From Anthoceros angustus (lineage: Eukaryota > Plantae > Anthocerotophyta), in NCBI GenBank assembly GCA_010909165.1, contig MU008204.1, forward strand, positions 327,810 through 391,809: a DNA stretch of 64,000 bases. Direction: 5' to 3'. The notes under the pieces were generated by a model that did no database searches, was not told the origin of the DNA, and saw only the letters and a list, made by a program, of their open reading frames with translations. The position numbers and the translations under genes were made by a program. Below are positions 38,407 through 49,000 of the stretch, in pieces. How positions within the stretch are numbered: position 1 is the first letter of the stretch; each line of letters begins with the position of its first letter.

Positions 38407-39425
38407 CGTATTTATCTTCTTCGATTAGAAAAAATTCTTCTTCTTGTGTATAACTCTTTATATCTTTATATTTAAAAAAAGATATTTTTCTTGAGTATAT
38501 CTCTTTGTCCCTGGGATTGGAAAACAAAATCTTCTTCTTGTGTTATCTCTTGGGTTATAAAAATAATTCTTCTTATTGTGTTTATCTCTTTATCTCTTGG
38601 CCTATAAAAATTTGAAGAAACCGAAGAATTATCAAAAAAATTAAAAACACTTTATCTCTTGAACCTACAGTGCCCTTTCGGATAGAAGAAACAAGAGACG
38701 CGCACTAAGATGCAGACTCGTTATTTATACCAGCTCATAAGAGTTTTAACTAAGAATTTATCAATTTAGCTTGTACTTGTTATCCATAATAGCAGACGGG
38801 AGCTCTAAACAGGAAGTTACTAAATTGGCTTATAAATTTCGTCCACGGAAAAAACAATAGCTCATAAATTCAATTAAAAAGTTAGACGGGCACATTGCCA
38901 ATGGGGGAATTCGTCACCAACATTCGCAATGCTGGCCTCTACAACGTGTCCAGGCTTCCGATTCTGAGGAATGTCAACTTGGGTGCATCACGAGCCGGGA
39001 TTCCCTTCTTCCTGTTTCCGCCTGTGAATGCGGAGTACAAGCTTGACATTCTAGGGTCTTGAATGACATTAACCTCACTGCGTCTGGCTCCTCAATGGGC
39101 TCTCAACGGCCATATCATAGTGCACATCCTCAAAGGGTCCACCAGCCTGGAGATCGCAGGCAAATTTATGCTTCCTCAACCAAAGCATGCTGTCCCAACT
39201 CTTGAACTCATCCCGGTGCAATTACAGGCCATTCGTTGAGGCTCCTGCACTCAGGACATCCGTTTACCGTGACCGCAATGGAATAGACAGATCGGGGAAC
39301 GCCGGGAGAGGCCAGCTTTCCTGATTCCAGAACGTGGTCGGGATTTCCGTCCACATCTGTCCACCAGCTCTCATTGTCTGTCCACCCGACTTCTTTCCAA
39401 CATGCGCCCTCAATGATGCTTCTCT

Positions 39426-42400
39426 TCAGCTTGGCCTACAATGTCTTAGCCTTGCCTGGCTTTGGGGATGAAAAGAATCCCCGACCAGAAAACTATGCAC
39501 CTTTCCGTCCATGTCTGTCCACCAGCTCTCACCCGGCTGCTTCCATGCCCTGGTTTCTACTCGCGCTGCCTGCATCCTTTGTGCCGATTCCCACATCTTG
39601 GCTCCCGTGTATATATTCGACATCAAGACATATGCTGCAGCATCTTTCTCGTCCAGCTTCACTGCTTCGTTGAAAGCATGGCATCCCACCTCCACATTGC
39701 CCCACTTTTGACAAGCACCTAATAGAGTGTGCCAAACTGCAGGGGTAGCCAGTACAGGCATTCTCGTTACCAAAGCTAGTGCCTCGTCCAGTTGGCCTGC
39801 ACGGCCCAGGAGATCTAGCATGCATGTGTAGTGTTCCACTGTAGGACTAACGCCGTAGTGTGAGGTCATAGACTCGAAGTACTCTCTCCCCTTGTCCACT
39901 AGTCCCGCATGACTGCATACTGTTAGTACACTGAGGAATGTGATGCCAACTGGCTGTTTACCATCCCCCCTCATTCTCTGGACCAACTTGAAGACCACTT
40001 CACTGGCTCCTTGACAGGCGTAGCCTGCAATCAGTGCACTCCAGGTGACAACGTCTTTTTCGGGCAACGCATCAAACACCCGCTGTGCATCAATCATGCT
40101 TCCAGACTTTCCATACATGTATATCAAGCCATTAGCTACAGACCCATCAGCTTGAAGCCCTTGTTGTTCAACTTGTGCATGTAGCTGCCTTCCAAGGTGC
40201 AAGGCTGCCACATTTGCACATGCCTGCAAGAGGCATACAAATGTCACGGAATCAGGTACCGCTATGCCTTCTTCCTGCATAGCGCTGTAATGACGAAGGG
40301 CTTCCTGGCACATGCCCTGGTGTGAATACCCTGCAATTAGAGCTGTCCATGTCACCACACCCTTCTGACCAAGTCCGTCAAACACTTTCTGTGCGTCGTC
40401 TAGGCTGCCACACCTTGCATACATGTTCACTAAACTGTTGGCTACAAACGCATCGCTTTCATGTCCCAATTTTCTAATTTGTGCATGAAGCTGATTCCCC
40501 TTCTGCAAAGCTGGAGTGCCCACACTTGCACATGCCTGCAGGAGACAAACAAATGTAACAGGATCGGGTAGGGCGATCCCTTCAGCCTGCATAACACTGT
40601 AAAGATCAAGGGCTTCCAGGCCCATGCCCTGCTGGGAATAACCTGCTATCATGGAATTCCAGGTCACCACGTCCTTTTGACGAAGTCCATCAAACACTCT
40701 CTGAGCATCTTCCAAGCTGTCACACTTGGCATACATGTTCACCAAACTGTTGGATACAACCACGTCATCTTGATGTCCTAACTCTATAATTTGCTCATGA
40801 AGCTGCCTCCCTCTCTCCAAAGCTGCCGTGCCCACACTTGCACATGCCTGCAGGAGGCAAACAAATGTCACCGTATCAGGTACAGCCATGCCATCTTCTT
40901 GCATGGCACTGTACAGATGAAGCGCTTCCTGCCCCATGCCCTGCTGGGAATACCCTCCCATAATAGCATTCCAGGTTACCACATCCTTTTGACTCAGCCC
41001 ATCAAACACTCTGTGAGCATCCTCTATGCTGCCACATTTTGCGTACATCTTCACCAAACTACTGGCTACAAACACATCAGCTTCATGTTCTCGTTCTCTG
41101 ATTTGTGCATGAAGCTGCTTTCCCCTCTCCAAACCTGGGTTGCCCAGACTTGCACATGCCTGTAGGAGGCACACAAATGTCACAGAATTAGGTTCAACCA
41201 TGCCTCCTTCTTGCATAACATTGTAGAGACGAAAGGCTTCCTGCACCATGCCCTGATAGGAACACCCTGCTATCATGGCGTTCCAGGTAACCACATCTTT
41301 TCGCCCCAGTCCAGCAAACTCTCTCTGAGAATCGGCTAGGCTTCCACACTTTGCGTACATGTTTACCAAACTGTTAGCTACAAACACATCAGCTTCATGT
41401 CCTATCTCTCTTATTTGTGCATGAAGCTGCTTTCCCTTTTCCAATGCTGGGGTGCCCACAGTTGCACATGCCTGCAGCAGGCACACAAAAGTTACAGAAT
41501 TGGGTATAGCGATGCCTTCTTCCTGCATAGCACTGTAAAGACGAAGGGCTTCATGCCCCATGCCGTGCTGGGAATAACCAGCAATTAGAGCAGTCCAGGT
41601 CACCACATCTTTGTGACCCAGTCCTTCGAACACTTTCTGAGCATCTTTTAGGCTGCCGCACTTTGCATACATATGTACTAAATTGTTGGCTATGAGTACA
41701 TCAGCTTGGTATCCTCGCTCTGTAATGTGCCCATGCAGCTGCTTCCCCACCTCTAAAGCTGTGGGACCAATACCTGCATATGCCTGCAGGAGACAAACAT
41801 ATGTTACAGAATTGGGTAGAGCAAGACCTTCTTCTTGCATTGCATTGTAAAGGCCATGGGCTTGCCAGCCCAAGCCCTGCTGAGAATATCCTGTAATTAG
41901 GGCAGTCCAGGTCACCACATCTTTCTGACCAAGTCCATCAAACACTCTCTGAGCATCTTCCAGGCTGCCACACTTTGCATACATGTTTACCAAACTGTTG
42001 GCCATTGACACATCAGCTTGATGCCCTTGCTCTGTAATTTGAATATGAAGCTCCCTCCCCTTCTCCAAAGCTGGGCTGCCCATACTTGCACATGCCTTCA
42101 GGAGGCACAAAAACGTCACCGCATTGGGTACAGCTTTACCTATTTCTTGCATCGCCCTGTAGAGGTGAAGGGCTTTCTCAGCCATGCCTTGCTGGGAATA
42201 TCCTGCTATCATAACATTCCACGTCACCACATCCTTTCGAACTAGGCTGTCAAAGACCCTTTGGGCATCCTCCAAGCTGTCACACTTTGCATACATGTCT
42301 ACCAAACTATTCGCTACAAACACATCATCTTGATATCCTTGTTTTCTGATTTGCGCATGGAGTTGCTTCCCCTTGTCCAAAGCTGGACTGCCCACACTTG

Positions 42401-43667
42401 CACATGCCTGAAGGAGGCACATAAATGTCACAACATCGGGTACAGTGACGCCTCCTTCTTGCATAACAGAGTAGAGACGAAGGGCTTCCAGCCCCATGCC
42501 CTGCTTGGAATACCCTGCTATCATGGCATTCCACGTCACCACATCTTTTTGACCGAGTTCGTCAAATACCCTCTGTGCATCCGTTAGGCTGCCACACTTT
42601 GCATACATATTTACCAAACTGTTGGCTACAAATATATCAGCTTCATGTCCTTGTTCCCTGATTTGTGCATGAATCCCCTTCCCCTTGTCCAAAGCTGAAG
42701 TGCCCACAATTGCACATGCCTGCAGGAGGCATACAAATGTCACAGAATGGGATACAGCAATTCCTTCTTCTTGCATAGCACTGTAGAGACGAAGAGCTTC
42801 GTGGCCCATGCCCTGCTGGGAATACCCAGCGATGAGAGCAGTCCAGGTGACCACATCTTTGTGACCAAGTCCTTCGAATACAGTCTGGGCATCTTCCAAG
42901 CTGCCACACTTTGCATACATGTTCACCAAGCAAGTCCGGACAAAAAGATCAGACTCCACCCCACTGGCCAACACATCAGCATGCACCTGCTGCCCAGCTT
43001 TCAGGTCTAATTCCATTGCACAAGCCTGAAGGGCTGCCACAAAGACATGGCCATCTGGTTTCACACTGGACCTTCGCATCTTCTGATACAGGTGTACAGC
43101 CTCCTTGTGCTGCCCGTGTTTTGCGTGGGCAGAAATTATGGCAGACCACGTGAAGGCATCTGGTTCGGGAATCAATTGTAACACATCCATTGCGTCTTGC
43201 AACCTGCCATGAGAAGCATACATTCGCAGAAGTTGGGTGCCCAGGAACGTGTCCGACTGATACCCCTGTTCCACCATAAAGGCATGCACTCTGCGACCCA
43301 GAACAAGATCGTTCTGAGCCACACATCTCCTCAAGACAGTAGAGAAGAGAGATTTGGAAATACAACGGTCTGTCTGAACCAGAGCTCCCAAAGCCTCAAC
43401 AGCCTCAGTGACATGGCCCTTACCACATAGCTTGCTAACGATTTCAGCCGTCAAGCCCCCTTCGTATCCTGCAGGCCTGCGGTCAGGATCCCAGGCTGGC
43501 TTACTGAGATTGTTCTGCCACGGGACCTCCTGGGACTGCATTTGCCGGCAGTCAGGTGAACAGAGGCTCCTCTTTTCCTGCCCTCCAATGCGGGGTCCAG
43601 AAAAGCTTGTTGGCACAGCTGCACCCGAGGACAACCCTCGCTGGAGAATCCGTCTCCAGCGAGACAT
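39426..43667 (-). CDS. PLS-class pentatricopeptide repeat protein (E1-E2-E+, WW-type PG box), candidate organellar RNA-editing factor
   Basis: Intact 1413-aa intronless ORF with an R/S-rich N-terminus resembling a transit peptide. About 11 L-S-P triplets are followed by P2-L2-S2 (CSHAGLVDKG..EHYTCMLDLLGRAG), E1/E2 and KQPGESWWTDMDGKVHSFLVGD. No HSE..CxxC..DYW in frame. Confidence 0.97.
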   Translation of the reverse strand: MSRWRRILQRGLSSGAAVPTSFSGPRIGGQEKRSLCSPDCRQMQSQEVPWQNNLSKPAWDPDRRPAGYEGGLTAEIVSKLCGKGHVTEAVEALGALVQTDRCISKSLFSTVLRRCVAQNDLVLGRRVHAFMVEQGYQSDTFLGTQLLRMYASHGRLQDAMDVLQLIPEPDAFTWSAIISAHAKHGQHKEAVHLYQKMRRSSVKPDGHVFVAALQACAMELDLKAGQQVHADVLASGVESDLFVRTCLVNMYAKCGSLEDAQTVFEGLGHKDVVTWTALIAGYSQQGMGHEALRLYSAMQEEGIAVSHSVTFVCLLQACAIVGTSALDKGKGIHAQIREQGHEADIFVANSLVNMYAKCGSLTDAQRVFDELGQKDVVTWNAMIAGYSKQGMGLEALRLYSVMQEGGVTVPDVVTFMCLLQACASVGSPALDKGKQLHAQIRKQGYQDDVFVANSLVDMYAKCDSLEDAQRVFDSLVRKDVVTWNVMIAGYSQQGMAEKALHLYRAMQEIGKAVPNAVTFLCLLKACASMGSPALEKGRELHIQITEQGHQADVSMANSLVNMYAKCGSLEDAQRVFDGLGQKDVVTWTALITGYSQQGLGWQAHGLYNAMQEEGLALPNSVTYVCLLQAYAGIGPTALEVGKQLHGHITERGYQADVLIANNLVHMYAKCGSLKDAQKVFEGLGHKDVVTWTALIAGYSQHGMGHEALRLYSAMQEEGIAIPNSVTFVCLLQACATVGTPALEKGKQLHAQIREIGHEADVFVANSLVNMYAKCGSLADSQREFAGLGRKDVVTWNAMIAGCSYQGMVQEAFRLYNVMQEGGMVEPNSVTFVCLLQACASLGNPGLERGKQLHAQIREREHEADVFVASSLVKMYAKCGSIEDAHRVFDGLSQKDVVTWNAIMGGYSQQGMGQEALHLYSAMQEDGMAVPDTVTFVCLLQACASVGTAALERGRQLHEQIIELGHQDDVVVSNSLVNMYAKCDSLEDAQRVFDGLRQKDVVTWNSMIAGYSQQGMGLEALDLYSVMQAEGIALPDPVTFVCLLQACASVGTPALQKGNQLHAQIRKLGHESDAFVANSLVNMYARCGSLDDAQKVFDGLGQKGVVTWTALIAGYSHQGMCQEALRHYSAMQEEGIAVPDSVTFVCLLQACANVAALHLGRQLHAQVEQQGLQADGSVANGLIYMYGKSGSMIDAQRVFDALPEKDVVTWSALIAGYACQGASEVVFKLVQRMRGDGKQPVGITFLSVLTVCSHAGLVDKGREYFESMTSHYGVSPTVEHYTCMLDLLGRAGQLDEALALVTRMPVLATPAVWHTLLGACQKWGNVEVGCHAFNEAVKLDEKDAAAYVLMSNIYTGAKMWESAQRMQAARVETRAWKQPGESWWTDMDGKVHSFLVGDSFHPQSQARLRHCRPS

Positions 43668-44408
43668 CCTCTAAGACGAGCGGGATTTCTTGCAAGGGCG
43701 AAGGATTGCTGACTACCCAGAGGGTGGCTCCTTGCGGTGGGGTGTGGGCGGGCTCTTCCTATCACACACGTCGAGCCACCCATCGTTCGCAGGAGCACGC
43801 TAAACCAACGGATTCGAAAAATGTTACCACCTGAATTCACAGGAGCTGCCCCTGGCAATGATGGCAAGGTCGGATCTGCGACCCAAATGGGCAACAGCAA
43901 ATCGATTCTACACAGTCAGCGTGCATGACAGGCAGGAATGTACCTACATAAGTGCACCACAGCATACAAACATAGGTAGCCCCTGGGACAGTCCCTGTGA
44001 GGGACTTAGCCCAGGATTCCAGGGATACAGTAGCCAGCACACGTATTGTCCTAACTAACGTCGAGTGTAAGCAGGAAGTTTGGAAGTGTCGTATATAGGC
44101 AAGTTTACACAGAGGATCTCGTTTGTGGAGAGGGAACCTTCCCTCTCAAGGCAGTCGGGATATTCCTTAAGGTAATCGGGATATGTCCAAATGTCCTTAA
44201 AAAGCAGATCAGGATACGTGGATGTTCCGCGGAATTATGTTTGTGCAATTCTTTTTTCTCGATGGGCAGATCGGGATACGTAGATGTTCCGCAGAATTAT
44301 TTTTGTACAATTCTCTTTTCTCGATGGTTTAGGGTTGCAAGCGTCGTTGCTTGAGAATTAGCTTGGCCAAGTTTAACATCCTACGTCTATTACTTAATCG
44401 ATTTTGTG

Positions 44409-44685
44409 GGAAGGGTGCTAGCGCTTGGCTGCTAATTGGTCTATGCATACAGGGTTTTCGCATTGCACCAACCACCTTCTCCACTGGCTGGTCTTCACTC
44501 TTGTTATGGGAAGGGTGCTAAAGCTGGCTGATCTATGCATACAGGGTTTTCGCATTGCACCAACCACCTTCTCCACTTGCTGGTCTTCACTCTTGTTATG
44601 GGAAGGGTGCTAACACTGGCTGATCTATGCATACAGGGTTTTCGCATTTACAGGGTTTTCGCATTGCACCAACCACCTTCTTCAC
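44409..44685. repeat. ~90-100-bp tandem repeat x3 (ctatgcatacagggttttcgcattgcaccaaccaccttctccac..)
   Basis: Directly visible. Confidence 0.9.
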
Positions 44686-44709
44686 TATGATATGTTTTCG
44701 TTTTGGCAT

Positions 44710-45420
44710 ACTCTAGCATGTGGCTTCCTCCTCCTTAAGGACCTACGAGTAGGCTCTACCCTCAATGACTCTGAGGTACACCTTCCTCGTTGTCCCCATG
44801 GGGTCATCGCATCGCCACCCACGACGTCGTCCGCAATGTTTTGTTTGCCGTAAAACACGAAACAAACTACATTGGAATGGGGTACACTTTGCGTACAGGT
44901 CGCGCAATCAGGGCTCACTTGTCCTTTATCCGTGGCGACTCCTTGCTGCGAGTACAGCTCTTCCCTCGATGACTCTGAGGTACACCTTGCTCATTGTTCC
45001 CACAGAGTTATTGCATCATCACCCACAACACTATCTGCCATGCTTTGTTTGCCATAACTCACAAAAGCAGCTACATGACCTGGAGGGAGCGGGTACAATC
45101 TTCGTACAAGTCGCACAATCAGAGATTAGTTGTGCTTTTGTACTTTATCCATGGCGACCAGGTTTCGATGGAGGACATGGTGGTTAATGACCCAACACAT
45201 GAGACCATCTTTGCTCAGGCCCTCACTCACTGTCCAACCCACCATCTAGGTGGGAACTGTAGCCAATGCAGTAGCTCTCAAAGAATTGCCCTTCAAACGG
45301 CCATGTCGACGATGATTCTTCACAAGGCAACGACTGCAAGTGGCATTTTTTCCTCATCCTCCATGGTTTGCACGCTATTTGTTCTTCCTGCATATGATTT
45401 TGTGGGAGCAAGAGGTGACT
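44710..45420 (+). mobile_element. 3' remnant of CRE/R2-like non-LTR retrotransposon (zinc finger + restriction-like endonuclease)
   Basis: HLPRCPHG/GHRIATHDVVRNVL, DMVVNDPT and QRIALQTAMSTMIL, with an internal ~200-bp duplication. Confidence 0.6.
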
Positions 45421-45443
45421 AACTCTCTGTTCTTCCTCCATAC

Positions 45444-45620
45444 GACATTGTGGGAACATCCATAAGACATTGTGGGAGCATCCATATGATGTTGCAGGAG
45501 CATCCATATGATATTGTGGGAGCATCCATATGATATTGTGGGAGCAGTACGTGACTATAGGTCGAGACATTGTGGGAGATCCATATGACATTGTGGGAGC
45601 AATAGGTGACTATAGGTCGA
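45444..45620. repeat. ~21-bp minisatellite (gacattgtgggagcatccatat)
   Basis: Directly visible. Confidence 0.9.
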
Positions 45621-46050
45621 GAACTTAATCGCTCCCTTTCACCTTGACCCGCGGAGTCCTCTTGGTTGTCCCCTACCGGATGGGCTTTTCCCATATTTTT
45701 TCCCCTTAGTAAAAGACTAGTCTACATACAGCACACAAGTATTAGGTTGGGCACGCCAGCTATTGCAAAGCATTCAAATATATGTATGTACATAAGTTTA
45801 CTTGTTTGCTCCCCGCATCTCACAAGTGGCGCCTATGGAACATACGTGAAATCGCCCATCTCAAGTTTCACACAGTTCTTGTATCCTTGTGCACATGTTG
45901 CTTATTCCCTGGACAGGTTGCTTCGCTGGATATATTCACAGTCGGCCAGTAATGATTTATGGAGACAGCGTCGGGGTGTGAGGTTTAGGGCAGACGCGAT
46001 AAACCCTCCCACACAAATGAGATGATCGCCGCTGACATGACACACCTTGT

Positions 46051-49000
46051 TTATTCGTTCCTTGCCTGACTCTTGGTATGATTCTCATCACCAACCAAAA
46101 AACTATGCACCTCGCCATCCATGTCTGTCCACCAGCTCTGGCCTGGCTTTTTCCATGCCCCGATGCTCACTCTCCTTGCTTGCATTTTCTGTGCCTGCTC
46201 CCACATCTGAGCACCAGTGTATATACTCGACATTAAAACATAAGCTGCTGAATCCTTGCTGTCTAGCTTCAATGCTTCGTTGAAAGCATGGCATCCAATC
46301 TCCACGTTCCTCCACTTTCGACAATTTGCCAAGAGAGTATGCCAAACAGCAGAATTAGGCAGTACCGGCATTGTGCTTACCAACGCAAGTGCTTCATCCA
46401 GCTGGCCTGCACGGGCCAGGAGATCCACCATGCATGTAAAGTGATCCACTGTGGGAGTGATGCCATAGTGTCTGCACATAGTCGCAAAGTACTCTCTACC
46501 CTTGTTCACTAGACCTGCATGACTACATGCTGTTAGTACACTAAGGAATGTGACCCCCGCTGGCTCTATGCCATCCTCTTTCATCCTCTCGACCAAGTCA
46601 AAGACAACTTCACTGTGTCCTTGACAAGCGTAGCCTGCTATCAGTGCACTCCAGGCAATACCGTCTCTTCGGGGCAACCCGTCAAACACCTGCTGTGCAT
46701 CAACCATGCTTCCGGACTTTCCATACATGTTTACCAAACTGCTGGCTACAAACACATCCGATTGAAGACCTTGTTCCTCAATCTGTGCATGTAACTGCCT
46801 TCCCATATGCAAAGCTGCCACGTCTGCACATGCCTGTAGGAGGCATACGAAAGTCACAGAATCCGGTACAGTAAGGCCTTCTTCTTGCATCGAACTGTAA
46901 CGACGAAGGGCTTCCAGACCCATGCCCTGCTGGGAATACCCCGCAATTAGAGCAGTCCACGTCACGACATCCTTTTCAAGAAGTCCGTCGAACAGTCTCT
47001 GAGCGTCTTCAAGGTTACCACACTTTGAATACATGTTCACCAAACTGTTGGCTACACGCACATCAGATTCATATCCTAGTTCTCTAATTTGTGCATGAAG
47101 CTGCTTCCCATTGTCCAAAGTTGAGCTGCCGGCACTTGCACATGCCTGCAGGAGGCACACAAATGTCACGAATCGGTACAGTGATGCCTTCTTCCTGCAT
47201 CGAACTGTAACGACGAAGGGCTTCCAGACCCATGCCCTGCTGGGAATACCCCGCAATTAGAGCAGTCCACGTCACGACATCCTTTTCAAGAAGTCCGTCG
47301 AACAGTCTCTGAGCGTCTTCAAGGTTACCACACTTTGAATACATGTTCACCAAACTGTTGGCTACACGCACATCAGATTCATATCCTAGTTCTCTAATTT
47401 GTGCATGAAGCTGCTTCCCATTGTCCAAAGTTGAGCTGCGGCACTTGCACATGCCTGCAGGAGGCACACAAATGTCACGCAATCGGGTACAGTGATGCCT
47501 TCTTCCTGCATAACGCGGTACAGATGAAGGGCTTCCTGGCTCATGCCCTGCTGGGAATATCCAGCTATCATGGCATTCCATGTCACCACATCTTTTGACC
47601 AAGTCCGTCAAACACTTTCTGAGCATCTTCCAAGCTCCCACATTTTGCGTACATGTTTACCATACTGTTTGCTACAAAGACATCACCTTGATGCCCACAC
47701 TCTCTAATCTGTGTATGAAGCTGCTTACCCCTGTCCAAGGCTGGCGGGCCTACACTTGCACATGCCTGCAGGAGGCACGCGAATGTCACCGAATCAGGTA
47801 CCGCAATGCCTTCTTCTTGCATAGCACTGTAAAGACTAAGGGCTTCGTGGCCCATGCCCTGCTGGGAGTAACCTGTAATGAGAGCAGTCCACGTCACTAC
47901 ATCTTTTTTATCAAGTCCATCAAACACGCTCCGAGCATCGTGCAAGCTGCCACACTTTGCATACATGTTCACCAGGCTGCTCCCTACAAACAGATCAGCT
48001 TGATGTCCTCGTTCCCTGATTTGTGCATGGAGCTCCTTCCCCTTCTCCAAAGCTGGGCTGCCGACAGTTGCACATGCCTGCAGGAGGGACACAAATGTTA
48101 AGGAATCAGGTACAGCAATGTCTGTTTCTTGCATATCACTGTAAAGCCGAAGGGCTTCCTGCCCCTTGCCCTGTTGAGAACACCCCGCTATTATGGAATT
48201 CCATGTCACCACGTCTTTTTGAACAAGTGTATCAAACACTCTCTGAGCGTCCTCTAGGCTGCCACACTTTGCGTACATGTTTACCAAACTATTGGCAACA
48301 AAGACATCAGCTTGGTGTCCTCTTTCTCTAATTTCCGCATGAAGCTCCTTACCCTTCTCCAAAGCAGGAGTCCCTATAGTTGCACATGCCTGCAGGAGGC
48401 ACACAAATGTTACCGTACTCGGTACAGCGATGCCTTCCTCTTGCATAGCACCATAAAGACGAAGTGCTTTCTGACCCAAGCCCTGCTGGGAATATCCTGC
48501 CACAAGGGCAGTCCATGTCACCACATCCTTCTGACCAAGTCTATCAAACACCCTCTGAGCATCTTCTAAGCTGCCACACTTTGCATACATGTTTACCAAA
48601 CTGTTGGCCACACCCACATCCGCTTCATGTTGTTGTTCCCTGATTTGTGCATGAATGTGCCTCCCCTTCTCCAAAGCTGAGGTTCCCACACTTGCACATG
48701 CCTGCAGAAGGCAAAGAAACGTCACAGAGTCGGGTGCAACGATCCCTTCTTCCTGCATAACACTGTAGAGGCGAAGGGCTTCCTGGGCTCTGCCCTGCTG
48801 GGAACACCCTGCTATCATGGCATTCCACGACCCCACATCTTTCTGACGAAGTCCTTCAAACACCTCCTGAGCATCCTCTAAGCTGCCACACTTTGCATAC
48901 ATGTTCACCAAACTGTTGGCTACAAACACATCAGCTTGATGTCTTCCTTCTCTAATTTGCCGATGAAGCTCCTTTCCATTCTCCAAAGCCAAGGAGCCCA

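Noticed and set aside
6009-45990. TTTAGGG motifs as a telomere or interstitial telomeric array
   Set aside because: Only isolated 1-2 unit telo-box-like occurrences.
45700-46050. DYW domain downstream of PPR paralog 2
   Set aside because: The minus-strand frames I translated show no HxE, CxxC or DYW motifs.
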